DNA from: Eledone cirrhosa
Lineage: Eukaryota
Length of the DNA stretch: 64,000 nt
NCBI GenBank assembly: GCA_964016885.1
Contig: OZ024752.1
Coordinates: forward strand, 10,602,001-10,666,000
Direction: 5' to 3'
The position numbers and the translations under genes are program-made. Below the pieces are notes generated by a model. It searched no databases and had not been told where the DNA came from. It was given only the letters and a program-made list of their open reading frames with translations. This document shows positions 1 to 14,356 of the stretch, piece after piece. Position 1 is the first letter of the stretch. Every line of letters starts with the position of its first letter.

Positions 1-200
1 TTTCGGCGGGTAGAAAAAGCGAAAAGGAAGGCAAATTCAGAGTCATGCTGACAAGCGGTCCATAGTTTAAAAATTCAGAGCTATAAACATATGTTATAAA
101 CGCCATACAAACTGGGAAGGCGGTCAAGAAGGCGTTAACCCCCTAAGCCAAAAAACAAGTCAAGCTAAACAGGTCAGACAAAATAAATGACAAAATCACA
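1..200. repeat. Dispersed repeat, second copy at ~60477-60672
   Basis: Shares blocks such as gccatacaaactg.gaaggcggtcaagaag and aaacaagtcaagctaaacaggtcagacaaaataaatgac with 60477-60672; both copies abut TA-rich tracts. Confidence 0.8.
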
Positions 201-514
201 CACACATATATTTATATATATACATATACATGTATATATAACTAACATGGACCCATAGGAATTGATGGTAAAATCCAAATACAGGGTTTCTGTGACAGCT
301 ATGTCAATAATGCTGTTTGCTTAAAACCATATCTTTTGGTATAATGATCGAACGAGGAATATCACGTTATCAACAGGTAATTTGTTCTGCGCCAGTGTTG
401 TGAATGACATAGTGTTTTGTAAAAGCACATGTGTAACTCACAAGGGGAAAAACCCCAATATATATATACGTAAAGTTAGGTAAATTATGTCTTCCCGTTC
501 TTAAAAATTATAAT

Positions 515-722
<208 letters not shown>

Positions 723-774
723 TCTATATCTATGTATGTATTGACGCAATAAAAAGAGATATATATATAAATAT

Positions 775-960
775 TGCCCCGCTTTTGCCAAGTGCCAGAA
801 GATATTACCACATCATGCCATTCAATCTCTGAAATTTCGTCGTTTCCATCGGTACAAATATCAAAACCGGAGTTAAGTTTTCTATGCCACCTCGCTGGAA
901 TGTTTACAGAGCTTTCTTGCTCAAGCAATTATAATGAGTTAAATGGTTGTTTTCGAAATA
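775..960 (-). pseudogene. Mutator-like transposase remnant
   Basis: Minus frame reads HDVVISSGTWQKRG, resembling the DGTWQKRG motif of metazoan Mutator-like transposases; truncated by a microsatellite. Confidence 0.45.
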
Positions 961-1553
961 TTATGAACATTTTAGAAATTTAACTGAGGTATAGTGCATG
1001 CTACAGTCTATGTTACTCTGTAACGGGTATGCAAAGGGAACACATAAGCACATACACACTTAGACATCAATGGAAATATAAATAATTAATATATACAATA
1101 AGTCAGTATACTATAGCTACGAATATATTAAATTTTGTTTTTAAGAAGAGCTTGTGTATATGTGTATCTTTGTTTGTGTGTGTGTGTAGGTCAGTTTAAG
1201 AATTGGAGCATCATAAGGTGCATACATCATAGTGATAAACTATTTAACATAGATCTACACATGAAACCTCAGATACATATATAAGTTTTCTTCAGGTTTT
1301 ATATTGTGTTGATCTGTTGAATATGAAATTGAATTAAATGACAGATTTGAACTTATAAAAGATGAGATCGTTCGTCTTGTTCCTGAGTTGGTAGGAAAAC
1401 ATATTTAGGCATGAGGGTAGTGACAGATATGTACTTTTCTGAGTGACAGATATATATATCTCACACACACACAATAATAAGTTCATACTACATATTCTAT
1501 CCACGCTTTATCCAAAATTAATATCGTTTTTATTAAAATGGTAGCCCCAGTTT

Positions 1554-1620
<67 letters not shown>

Positions 1621-1677
1621 CCTGGTTCAATCGGTAAGAAAGTAACGCAATTAATTAGTAGAGTGTAAACATCATGT

Positions 1678-1778
1678 TTAATATAGGAATGGTTTCTACA
1701 AGACTAGAACTGTTTCATTCAAAAGAAATCATCTTTCCGTTTGAATGAAATAGTTCTAGACAGACAGAACCCATATTA

Positions 1779-1780
<2 letters not shown>
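1678..1780 (-). mobile_element. Short fold-back element with partial hammerhead (family also at 23241-23320 and 25495-25580)
   Basis: Minus strand GATGAtttcttttgaatGAAAcagttctagtcttGTAgaaaccat; internal inverted repeat; lies between (GA)n and (TA)n. Confidence 0.55.
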
Positions 1781-1824
<44 letters not shown>

Positions 1825-1891
1825 AAGGTTTAGCAAATAATGAAAAAGTTTCAAAATAAATTTTAAAAAATTGACTTTACCTACTATAGTT

Positions 1892-1974
1892 ACCTTTACC
1901 GATCGGTTTCGAATCCCAAAAATAAACGGAGACCATACGGCCTTCGTTGCAAAGAAAGATTCTCGTCAGAAGGT
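1892..1974 (-). ncRNA. Type I hammerhead ribozyme, canonical core
   Basis: Minus strand acctt-CTGACGA-gaatctt...gggattc-GAAA-ccgatcg-GTA-aaggt; 5-bp stem I, 7-bp stem II with G-U pairs, palindromic stem III accgatcggt. Confidence 0.85.
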
Positions 1975-2031
1975 TCTTTTCATTCGAAGAATATAAAATT
2001 CTTGAATTTAAATATATATATATATTGAATT

Positions 2032-2065
<34 letters not shown>

Positions 2066-2073
<8 letters not shown>

Positions 2074-2304
2074 AAGAATGAAGAGTAATATGTTTGGATG
2101 TACAGTCAACCATGTTACTCTTCACTCTTTCACTATTTTTACTCTAAGTATAACCTATCTAGGAATTACCGCCAACTCGCTACCTAACTATGGAAACATC
2201 TTATCTTGTTGAGTTAAACAAAGCCGTACGTTAAAACTATCCACGACGCAGTGTACTCAGAACATCTAACTGGATTACCTATAACGATACCTTGTTACCC
2301 CATT

Positions 2305-2310
<6 letters not shown>
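2066..2310 (+). mobile_element. Short TA-embedded element with 5' inversion
   Basis: tagtgaaagaatgaagagtaa / ttactcttcactctttcacta inverted repeat directly after (TA)n; no hammerhead seen. Confidence 0.5.
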
Positions 2311-2347
<37 letters not shown>

Positions 2348-2355
<8 letters not shown>

Positions 2356-2452
2356 GTTTGAATATGTATAATAAAGCCAAAACAATGCAGGTATGGACAT
2401 AGAAAAAGAATGCATTGTTTTGGCTTTATTATACATATTCAAACGTTTATAC
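2348..2452. repeat. ~40-bp-arm inverted repeat adjoining (TA)n
   Basis: ataaacgtttgaatatgtataataaagccaaaacaatgca and its reverse complement. Confidence 0.85.
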
Positions 2453-2499
2453 CTCATTACACAATGCTTCAAGTGAACTATAACCTCCTCCTATATATA

Positions 2500-2817
<318 letters not shown>

Positions 2818-3629
2818 CATACAAAACTATGACTTCATAATTTCATGTTGTGTTGGTAAACAATTTCATGTTGTGTTGGGAGTGAATGAAACCGAAAATT
2901 ATATCGCATCACAAATTAGAAAAAATGAATAAGAAAAATATGTTTTTCCTAAAAACTTAGTAAAACAGAAAACAACTTAGTAAAATATAATTTAAAAAAA
3001 TGGCAATGCATTATTCAAATAGATAAACGAAAGAGCAGGAGGAACATACACAAATGATTGTGAGTTTTAACGGTAAAAAAACAAATCCATGAATATTCAT
3101 GGAAATAAAACTCTTTATTTTGAAAAGAAAAGTGTTTATAACCGTCAGAACAGACAGGAGTAGAATGTTTGATTGATAGCTTGTGAAGGAATGTCACGGA
3201 AGATCAAGATTTAGCGGAAAGAAACACATTTGAGAATTTTGAGAGAAAGTTTATAGATATATTTTTAAATATTGTTTTATAATCTAAGGGAAGAGATACA
3301 ATCATCATATTTATATTTATCCAACGATATTGACAATGTGATATACAGAGCAACGGATATATGAAATCTCATGTTTACCATCACATCATTAAATATATGT
3401 ACACATCAAAGTTTGCGTGAAGAAATTAATAGTATTTTTATATCCAGAAAGAATAGAATTCGGTAGAGAGAAGAATCTTATAGATATATCACAGTGCATT
3501 CTAATGCTCTCATAACACATTTACAATATATCTGCAGTAAATCGTATCAATCGTGTAGATTCAAAATATAGAAGCAAATTCAGTTTTTTATATTTTGTAA
3601 CCACATTACTTAATAATTCATTATATATA

Positions 3630-3790
3630 CTAGCAGAAAAACCACCCCTCGGGTGGTTTTCGGCTAGCATGTGTAGTGTGTATATTGATATTATACGCAG
3701 GTATATATATAAATGTAGATATGATACATCAAATGAAATCGTAATTGACAATCTCCTTATAATATATAACCAGCAATTTCTCTGTCTGTC
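3630..3790 (-). mobile_element. Helitron 3' end
   Basis: CTAG terminus with aaaaccaccc/gggtggtttt hairpin; same end at 13107 and 39976. Confidence 0.65.
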
Positions 3791-3929
3791 TGTCCGACAG
3801 TGGAAACACGTGCGCGTGTGTGAATGTTTTTTGCGCACGCGACGCATAGAGAGAGAGTGAGAGTGAAAGAAAGAGACAGACTACAATAGAGGGATAGTGG
3901 GAGGGAGAGAGGGGGGAATTGAGGAGTGC

Positions 3930-3961
3930 TACAGAAACATATATACATTTCTGTGTGTGTG

Positions 3962-4002
<41 letters not shown>

Positions 4003-4152
4003 GAAATATATATACACACAGAAATATATATACATTTCTGTGTGTGTAATATATATATATATACACACACAGAAATATATATACATTTCTGTGTGTGTAA
4101 TATATATATATATATACACACACAGAAATATATATACATTTCTCTGTGTGTA

Positions 4153-4187
<35 letters not shown>

Positions 4188-4275
4188 GAAATGTATATAT
4201 ATTTCTGTGTGTATATATATATATATTACACACACAGAAATGTATATATATATATACACACAGAAATATATATAC
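3930..4275. repeat. Compound minisatellite with palindromic unit acacagaaat(ta)ncatttctgtgt
   Basis: About 6 tandem units, with another at 4525-4565. Confidence 0.85.
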
Positions 4276-4560
4276 ATCCCTTAGCTACTGTACTGTATCT
4301 GTTGCTATCCCTCTCTTTTAGTCTGTCTGTTTCTCTCACTCTCACTCTTTCTCTTTGTAACACACTAACATTCCTCCCCTCTATCGCTGTGACGAATCGG
4401 GAGATGGAGGAGGAGGAGGAGAGGGTCACTTCGTCACTTCCCCTCTGCCTTTCTTTCTCTCCCCTCTCACTCCCTCATTACGTACAGACATTAGGGCGGT
4501 GGATTGGCAGAATCTGTATATATACACACACACAGAAATATATATACATTTCTGTGTGTG

Positions 4561-4613
<53 letters not shown>

Positions 4614-5029
4614 GACATATATGGGCATTTCTCTGTTTGTCTGTCTGTCTGTCTGTCTGTCCTTCCCTAAAACTCAAATGTAGGTGCTACAGAAATATTA
4701 CCTTCCCCTTCCTTTCTCCACTTTGGTACTACCAAGAGAAACACTGTCGCTATAGAAACATTACCTTCCCGTCTCCACTGACCTTGGTCACTGAGGCCGA
4801 GGGAATCGGTGGTTGCTATAGAGACACCTTGCACAAGCCAGAAGTAACCAGTTCGAGGCGGTTCTGACTTGACACCAAGCCAAGGACCATTTGAAGATAT
4901 ATTTCCATCGTTATATCATAACGATTATGTATCATAACGTTTATATTTCCGTCACTAAATATATATATATATATATATAGATATATATATATATATATAT
5001 ATATATATTCTTAATATATATATATATAT

Positions 5030-5216
5030 AATTTTCTACGTTAGGCACAAGGCTAGCAAATAACCCAGTGCATTACTGGCACTTTATTTTATCGACCCCG
5101 TAAGGATGAAAGGCAAAGTCAACCTCGGCGGGATTTGAACTCAGATCGTAAAGGGACGTAACTATGCTGGAAAGCATGGCGTCCGACCCTCTACCGATAC
5201 TGCCAATCTACCGCCC
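5030..5216 (-). mobile_element. tRNA-derived SINE family 1 (>20 copies in window)
   Basis: Sense strand ggcggtggattggcagtatcgg (A box) ... gttcaaatcc (B box) ... gcctttcatccttacggggtcgataaaataaagtaccag core and AT-rich tail. Confidence 0.9.
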
Positions 5217-5218
5217 AT

Positions 5219-5640
5219 ATATATAATAAGAACAAATGGAGATGTTACATAGGAGTTTTACTCCTCAAACCTGGTTACAAACGTTTCTCAAGCGGCTGGC
5301 TCCTTGTGTGGGATGGTACCCCCAGACCAGACTCCAAGTCCCTGATCTTTAGACCAGTGTTAACACAATAGAAATCACATCAAATCTGTGGACAAACCAG
5401 CAAAAACACCACGGATTTGTTGTGATTTGTGTTGTGTAACACTGGTTCGGCAGACATGGAGTCTGGTCTGGTGTGCCATCCCATACGACGAGCCGGCTGG
5501 TTGAGAAATATTTGTAACCAGGATTGAGCAATAAATCTCCTATGTAACATCTCCACATTGTTCTTATTATATACACTATGCTCTGCATCGGGTGGTGAGT
5601 TTGGTTCACTCACCAGTTTCTTCGGATTTACTGATATATC
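5219..5640 (+). mobile_element. Fold-back element with ~120-bp diverged arms and decayed hammerhead
   Basis: 5219-5340 is the reverse complement of 5453-5573; tggt...GAAAtatttGTAacca at 5464-5520 with eroded CTGANGA. Confidence 0.6.
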
Positions 5641-5659
5641 TGCGCACATATACTCACAT

Positions 5660-5743
<84 letters not shown>

Positions 5744-8495
5744 GGGGGGGGGGTAAGTAAAGCGTCATTTAGATTAATATTTGTATTTTTAAAGATATAT
5801 TATAAAGACTAATAGTATTTAAAGAAGCAACAGTATTCAATTAGATGTAAACAATAAATATATATTATAATATATTTTTATGTTTTAAAATATTTTAAAA
5901 TATATCTTAAATTTGCTTTGTTCTATATATCAATGTAAGGGTGGTAGTTCAAGAGAGTACACTGGTGTAAAATGATAAAGTATATTATTAATTTTGAAAT
6001 ATCTAAGTATTATTTCTATGTATATATGTATAGTTAGATATATGTATTTAACGTGTATCTCTCTCTAATAAATCATTATCAGATATACTTATGGAATATG
6101 TGTGGGATATCTCGGAAAATTAATAAATTGAAATATCACTATTAATTATAGGTGAGTACATAATGTTAATTTGATACATAAATTGAGATTAGATGAGACA
6201 ATATATTATATTAAATAAATAAATATATGTTGTTAAATATATATCTGTATCATATAACATATATAAATGTGAGTGACTAATGAATTCATTATCAAATTAA
6301 GTTTGAAGTACATACACTTAGTTAAATATTTATATTTATGTTATATGTTTATCTAATATATATTTGTGTTTCGTATACTTATCGGATATATGGTAACAAG
6401 ATTTGTGTTTAGTAAAATAATATGTCTCTAGCAATAATAATTGTTTCTACTTTTAGCACAAGGCCAGAAATTACGCAGTGCATTACTGGTACTTTATTTC
6501 CGTAAGGATGAAAAGCAAAGTTAACCTCGGCGGGATTTGAACTTTGCGTCAAAACATGGCGTCCGTCCCTCTACCGATACTGCCAAAGCAATAATAATGA
6601 AGTATATTTTATTAAAATAAAATAAGCTCAGTAGGTGTGAGAGTATATTGAATTACATAAACAAATCTATCATATAACATATATAAATATTAAAGGCTAA
6701 TGATATATTATTAGGTTTCCATGAATTTAATATAGGATTAGTAATAGTTGAGGTATATCATTATTAACTATCTAGCGTTGGGTATGTAATAGTTAAAAGA
6801 CTGTAGGTTTTTATGTGAGCAAGTGGAGAAGATATCTGATATATAGGTCTGTGTGAAAGTCATATAAATATATAATTATACATTTACGCATGTGCTATAC
6901 CGGTAGTGAAATATACATGATTTTTCGAAGGATTCCGCTATATGTATTGCTCTGCCTAATAGAGAGGAAGTCTGTTGAAATATACTCATGCCGTGAACAT
7001 CCAGTCGCTGTTATTGTTAGGCAATGGATCTGATACTAGTATATGTATGCTTGTGTTGTCTGACTCCAGAAGGATTTCAGCTGCTCTTATGCACTTGTCG
7101 CTAAAGCATGACGGGATATCATATGTTTTCCTCATAATACTACTATTTATTTTAGTCATTGTTAGGCCTTCCAGAAGCTTTAATGTACAATCCAAAAGGA
7201 ATGTCGATAGTAAAAATACCTTTTTACAAATAAAATTCATAGGAGATTTTATTCATCGCTAGGACACACAAATTGTATTATAAAATATGTTCAAATTCTT
7301 TTTCAGCAAATCTGTCAATCATGCAGAGCATATTAAAGAAATATCTGATTTTTCTCTCAAACTATGGAAAACGGCAATTAGAGAATTACCAATTTTATAA
7401 AAAGTGTTTTATAATTCTGACAGATAGAAATGATTTCTTCATAATTCTATCACTTTCAAATTATTAAATTATAGCATTTTTTTTTTTTTTTACATATAAT
7501 GCAAATATTCAGTTTTGCAATAGCAGCTAATGAATGGGTTGCAACGCGCCAACTTAAAGTAATACATACAATTATAAAAATGATTATCTGTCCGCTGAGT
7601 GTTTCGATTCAATCGTCTAATTCTACCACAAGTCACTGTGTTTGGACCATGAACAAAATATCATAGTTTTATGCATAGTGTGGCAGACATTAATTTAACG
7701 TGTCATTCCTTTAATAAAGAATTTAATTTGAGAGAAATCGAGTCTTTGCTTAAAAAGCATGTCCTTAGCTGATGTTCTTCAAACTTGCTTTACTGTTGTC
7801 TCAAACTACTTTGCATTTTTGTTAAAATTCATTTTAAAAATGTCAATACATTTCATATTGACCTAAACAACTTTTGTGCAGTCCTTATAATGAAATACAA
7901 ATAACTTCTCGTTTGACTTCTTAAATGAAAATATATTTGCTATTAGAATTATAATGTGATATATTAGTTTTGTACAATTACGATAATACAATATGATTTA
8001 ACATACACACTATATTCTACACCAATCTAAGCACTAGGCTAGCAAATTCTGGGACAAGGCAAAGTTGATTAACACAACCATGAGAAACACTATATGTTAT
8101 TGTCCCCGAAATAATGAAAGGCGAATTTGATCTCGGTGGGAATTGAAATCAAAATGCAAAGAACCAGTCTAAATCTCTAAAGTCTGTCTTAAGCCAGAAG
8201 CCTCATTTGGCCGGTGATTATCCCGGTTTCATAGCGTGAAGCGACTGAGAGTACAAGACTCTACCCTGGACAGGACGCAGGATTAAACCTCCAGCTTAGT
8301 TTTTTTTTCGTGTTACAAATGTTTCACAGGCATGTAGCTCGAGTCATGGTCCTTGTATGGATCTGGCTGATTCTACTTATGCGGGTTCTTTCAGACACGT
8401 CTGTTATGTCCGGAGTGAATTTTATCACTCACCATAGCTTGCACCATAGCTACCACTATACACACACACACATAAATATGACCCTCCCCAAGTAT

Positions 8496-8532
<37 letters not shown>

Positions 8533-8798
8533 AAAACACACAGATACATGCGGACACACACATATATACATGAAGACAACTGGAAAGCTTCCATTACTCA
8601 TACTTCTCGCCTTCTTCACTACCTCTTCTACGGCCTCGATATGAATACCCCCTCCGCCTCCGTGGTATTTTCTTCGTGGTTATAAGAGGCTTAGCTCTGT
8701 TTCTCGACCGTTATATCGCGTGACTATCTCCCCCTCCGCCTTTTGGGATTCTTTCTCACGTCGTGTAGACGCGTTCTTGAGACTAGTAAAATGAGGTA

Positions 8799-8886
8799 TC
8801 CTCTTGATAAGTTGGCAGACCTCGCAAGGACTCTATACCTTTGATATATTGTTTTTGTTTATGCCACGAAACTACGTAGTCGAGGA
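8799..8886 (+). ncRNA. Type I hammerhead ribozyme, U3-A8 core variant (copy 1)
   Basis: tcctc-TTGATAA-gttggca...tgccac-GAAA-ctacgta-GTC-gagga; palindromic stem III actacgtagt; predicted cut after 8881. Confidence 0.85.
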
Positions 8887-9389
8887 ATTTAGGAACAGTT
8901 TAGGTATGATACATTTTATTACTAATTATATCTAAATGTTTCTTCTCTCTTCATAATGTATTTTTAACTCTGATACTGGTTCAGTCTGGTTCAAACTGAA
9001 TTGGTCTGTCCCAGTCATTCATTGAGCAACATCGGTGAAGTTGGCACCCTTAACTCACAGTTGGGTGCGGATGCATTCATGTATATATGTGTGTGTCCGC
9101 ATGTATCTGTGTGTTTTTAAATATATTAATAACTCCCTCTGGTCGAGCAATCTTTGAGGTGTGGGGACAACTGGAAAGCTTCCATTACTCATACTTCTCG
9201 CCTTCTTCACTACCTCTTCTACGGCCTCGATATGAATACCCCCTCCGCCTCCGTGGTATTTTCTTCGTGGTTATAAGAGGCTTAGCTCTGTTTCTCGACC
9301 GTTATATCGCGTGACTATCTCCCCCTCCGCCTTTTGGGATTCTTTCTCACGTCGTGTAGACGCGTTCTTGAGACTAGTAAAATGAGGTA

Positions 9390-9477
9390 TCCTCTTGATA
9401 AGTTGGCAGACCTCGCAAGGACTCTATACCTTTGATATATTGTTTTTGTTTATGCCACGAAACTACGTAGTCGAGGA
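9390..9477 (+). ncRNA. Type I hammerhead ribozyme, U3-A8 variant (copy 2)
   Basis: Identical to 8799-8886, +591 bp; predicted cut after 9472. Confidence 0.85.
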
Positions 9478-9980
9478 ATTTAGGAACAGTTTAGGTATGA
9501 TACATTTTATTACTAATTATATCTAAATGTTTCTTCTCTCTTCATAATGTATTTTTAACTCTGATACTGGTTCAGTCTGGTTCAAACTGAATTGGTCTGT
9601 CCCAGTCATTCATTGAGCAACATCGGTGAAGTTGGCACCCTTAACTCACAGTTGGGTGCGGATGCATTCATGTATATATGTGTGTGTCCGCATGTATCTG
9701 TGTGTTTTTAAATATATTAATAACTCCCTCTGGTCGAGCAATCTTTGAGGTGTGGGGACAACTGGAAAGCTTCCATTACTCATACTTCTCGCCTTCTTCA
9801 CTACCTCTTCTACGGCCTCGATATGAATACCCCCTCCGCCTCCGTGGTATTTTCTTCGTGGTTATAAGAGGCTTAGCTCTGTTTCTCGACCGTTATATCG
9901 CGTGACTATCTCCCCCTCCGCCTTTTGGGATTCTTTCTCACGTCGTGTAGACGCGTTCTTGAGACTAGTAAAATGAGGTA

Positions 9981-10068
9981 TCCTCTTGATAAGTTGGCAG
10001 ACCTCGCAAGGACTCTATACCTTTGATATATTGTTTTTGTTTATGCCACGAAACTACGTAGTCGAGGA
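9981..10068 (+). ncRNA. Type I hammerhead ribozyme, U3-A8 variant (copy 3)
   Basis: Identical to 8799-8886, +1182 bp; predicted cut after 10063. Confidence 0.85.
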
Positions 10069-10137
10069 ATTTAGGAACAGTTTAGGTATGATACATTTTA
10101 TTACTAATTATATCTAAATGTTTCTTCTCTCTTCATA

Positions 10138-10288
<151 letters not shown>

Positions 10289-10372
10289 GATATATATATG
10301 TATATATATATATGTGTGTATATATATATATATGTATATGTATGTATATGTATGCATATGTATGTATATTAT

Positions 10373-10967
10373 GTCAGGTCACCAGTTGGTGCTACTGGTA
10401 ACATGTATCCCAGTACAAGCTGTCCAATGGCGACTAAACTAGCAACCCCACCAAGGTTTCTTGGTGAGGAGGGTGACTTTAGACATCCTGCAGGACTAAA
10501 AACAAAACCTGTCAAAGGGCAAAGGAGCTCTTAAGAGTCAATGGCCATCCAAAATCACCGGGAGATGATCCCTTAGCCTTTGTCAAGGCAGAATTTTAGG
10601 AGAATGAAAACTCTGATATAACACCTGCAACCCAGATGGTATCCAATGATGTTGACATGTTCTTATTTTTGGTGAATATCATCTTGGTTAAGAGAGTGGG
10701 ACTGGCTTTGTGCAGTGCCTTTGCTCACTATAAAAGCTTCACGGCACAGGCATTGCTTTATATCTGGTGATCTCTCTGCACTTGTCGTCAGATGGTACCA
10801 TGGGCCCATCACTATGTGTCAATAATTCTCACAAGTGTAGTGTTTGTATCAGAGTTTTTAAGTCGCTGGCTGGACTAAAAAGTCACACTTGTTCACGGCA
10901 TCGGTAGGGTTTCTCCTACATGGATATAATGTAGTGGCCGTACTCGAAAACGAGTTGGCAGCCACCA
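10373..10967. mobile_element. Interspersed repeat, possibly RTE 5'UTR-related
   Basis: GC-richer island between TA tracts; ggcgactaaac...gcaacccca...aaaacctg resembles RTE-type 5' ends; no ORF. Confidence 0.35.
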
Positions 10968-11009
10968 TATGTATGCATATATATGTATATGTATGTATAT
11001 ATATATATG

Positions 11010-11082
<73 letters not shown>

Positions 11083-11271
11083 GTGTGTATATATATATGT
11101 ATATGTATATATATGAATATATATATATGTATGTATATATATATATATGTATATGTATATATATGTATATATATATGTATGTATATATATATAATATATA
11201 TATATATACATGTATATGTATGTGTATTTTTATATATATACGTATATATATATATAAATATATATATATAT

Positions 11272-11560
11272 AGGGGAGGGTCATATTTGTGTAATATTGC
11301 CAGAATTAATAACAGAACACACTCACTGTTTGGTTGGTTTTCGCTTCTGTGTCTTTTATATCGGTTAATTTAATTTATTCGGTCCTCAATGTTGCCATTG
11401 ACTGACCAACGGTCAAAAATACAGATACAATATAGACACAAACACATATATATATTGGTTAATGTATTCTATCTTTACTAGTGTGTGTTTATATGACCCT
11501 CCCCGAGTATAAAAATATTTGTTTCGACACACGATTTCATATGAAAAACTTCGCAAAACT
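11272..11560. mobile_element. Family C fragment (also 8470-8500, 28255-28622, 54825-55238, 62450-62932)
   Basis: Shared gggagggtcatatt / atgaccctccccaagtataac ends; 11272-11455 is nearly the reverse complement of 62740-62922. Confidence 0.75.
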
Positions 11561-13106
11561 ATATATATATATATATATATATAATAATTTCAGCGCATCT
11601 CCTCATCAAAATAATTATTATTATGTGGAAGAGAAATGACTTCAGCAACAGCAGTGGGAAGTGAGCGATCGCCGTTTAAGGATCTGTCTAAGGGCTTACA
11701 TCTTGACTGTAATTTACTTTTTGTGACGAGTGCTTGTCTGTTTTCAATATAGAGTTATTCTTATTTCCGTCAACCGTTTTGGGCACATGTAGGTGGTGGG
11801 GTAATAAATCGGGATATTTGGACGGTATGATTTGGAAGGTTAGTGGGTTAGTTAGCTGGAAATATCGGATAGCTAGAGGGATAGGTAGATATTAATTGTT
11901 GACCTTAAGAATATAGTTCAATACTTGTTAGACACACGAACATGTTTTTCTCGTGTCTGGAAAACAAAAGAAAATTAGAATGTGGTTTTTGGCTCCATCA
12001 TAGCGGATATGTAAATATATTCTTGAGTTTTATATTGAATTATAATAATATTCTATTCGTTTGAAAGCAATCAACCTCATGCTCTATGTTTTTAGATGGC
12101 CACCGCCATCCGTTTGTACTAGCAGTGACACTGTCAATCAAAAAATAACGTTGTTTCAGAGTTATTCCCCTTTGTGAAGATTGCATATCTTTTGAAATAT
12201 GTTTTTACATGTCAGTAATCTCTCTATAAACTATAAGATTTTAGGAATATAAACCATTAACGTAACAATGTGTAAATGTGTCACTTTGGAGGATTGATGA
12301 TTAATCCGTAACACTGTAATATATGATATACCAATCCTCGACTCCAAACCGTAAATATGTTCAAAGTTACAGACGTCATTATTGTGAACACAGGTTAACT
12401 TTGCCTTTCATCCTTACAGGGTCGATAAAATAAAGTACCAGTAATACACTGTTTATTTGCTGGCCTTGTGCCATGAGTAGAAACAATTATTGTGAACAAA
12501 GGTATACTATTACATATATCTTACTGATTAGCTTCGTACACTTATATTCGATGCATTTTATAGCGCTCTACTAATATGTATTTCATTTAGTAACAATTCT
12601 AAACTCCTTACTTCTATATTACTCCTCATCGTATTGAAATATTGCATTTCTCAGTCATGTGCATTTACTATATTCAGATAGATAATGTTACTTGAATCTA
12701 TTGCAAAATATAATTATAATATAAAATCTATAAATATCTTTTCTGTAGCGTTCTAGTTTAATACACTTAAATGAACACATTATTCACAATGAAATTTTAA
12801 TCTAAAATACGAAGAGTTCAAAACTTCCATATTAGATGACATATTTAATAATTTCTAATGGTACATGTAACTAGGCATGGCACTTAAAATATAGCGTGTA
12901 AATTAGATGGGTAATATAATTATGCAAAGAAATATTTTCTTCTCTAAATGATCACATTGCAAATTGATTTAGACGAACAGTTTTTGAGAGGGAAAATATA
13001 TTTTGTCAAATTAGTATTAGGATTACTGTCATGACGTTGAAGTACATAAATAGCTACACTTTACTTGCGATAACTCATGTTGAAAGTAATCATAGCATTA
13101 ATTGTA

Positions 13107-13611
13107 CTAGCAGAAAAACCACACTTAGGGTGGTTTTTCTCCTAGCACGTGTAGTGTGCATATTGAACAAAGTCTATGTTGCACTCTCTTCTGTAATCAG
13201 TAAAGTAATCCATGGTACATTTAAAAAAGACGAGATTATATATAAACTTGATATATGATAAACTAAAGTGTTATGAAAACAAAAAAAGGGGAAAGTAGCT
13301 ACGGAAGTATAAAGCTTATATAACGATGCAAATATATGAACTTTTCTATAAGCGATGTAATATGTGTTATGATATAAAAGACGCTAACCGGAAGTATTGA
13401 CATTTCAAAATGTTAAAGACGTGAATATTAAAATAAGCAATACTTTATATATAAGAATATTTATGTTTAATTAAGAGCTACGTAATTTAGTAGGAAAATT
13501 ACCTAATATTCATTCATTATTTATTCAAAGAAATCCAACTTACTATACTAACGGGATAAAAAAATATAAAACGGACGCTGTCCCGCACTCGTCCTTTTAT
13601 TATATTTAAGA
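13107..13611 (-). mobile_element. Non-autonomous Helitron
   Basis: Minus strand begins TCttaaatataataaaagg and ends hairpin+CTAG; homologous to 39488-39976. Confidence 0.7.
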
Positions 13612-14356
13612 TTATGTGATTCTGCCGTTATGTACATATGCATGGAATTTGTGCATTTCGCATAGCATAGTATTTCAAGTGTATTACAAATCTCTTTGCT
13701 CCAGTTCCATTTGAATTGAACAATTATTGTTCCATACGATTTCATATAGCTCCCCAGTAATACAACAGTAACTACCTCATCTTTATAGAAATGTTAGGGT
13801 GTATTATATGGATATGTTATTCCTGAAAATATCAACATATATGTTATGGGCAAAGCAATAATCACCAATGTTATATTAAAGAAAGTATGGAGTAAACCCT
13901 CTGTTCCAATAAATATATTTTCTTTAATCTATCAGATATTATCAGGATATATTCAGGATAAAATATATTTCCTTCGGTGGAAATATAAGACAACTAAAAT
14001 GAACTAAATTTGAGTGTATACACAATGTAATTACGTGCGTGATGCTCGACCAATTATCACAAGTGTAGTCTTAAAATATAAAACAAACATTTCTTCCTGT
14101 AAATATACAGTTATTCCTATGTATCCTAACATCGGATATAGAGAAAAATTATATCATTATATCCTTGACAGAAATTATTAAAATATCATTCTTATTTGTC
14201 AGTTATATATGTATAAACTCGTCTTCAAATATATACCGGATGTTATTTATAGTAGCAACAACAACAATAATAATAATGATAATGATAATAATAATAATAA
14301 AAGTAAACAATAAGAATAATAATAATAATAATAAAAGTAAACAATTTACCACATTC

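Noticed and set aside
289-377. Possible minus-strand hammerhead (TTGATAA...cAAAcagc...gctGTC)
   Set aside because: GAAA is broken and the stem I register is off; too decayed to call
8977-8999. tRNA-like A box tggttcagtctgg in the 591-bp unit
   Set aside because: No correctly spaced B box downstream; better explained as part of a hairpin
9087-9905. Identical 75-aa ORF in each 591-bp unit; unit length divisible by 3
   Set aside because: No recognisable motif, it starts in a TG-like run, and stop codons prevent endless rolling-circle translation in that frame; its identity merely reflects the repeat
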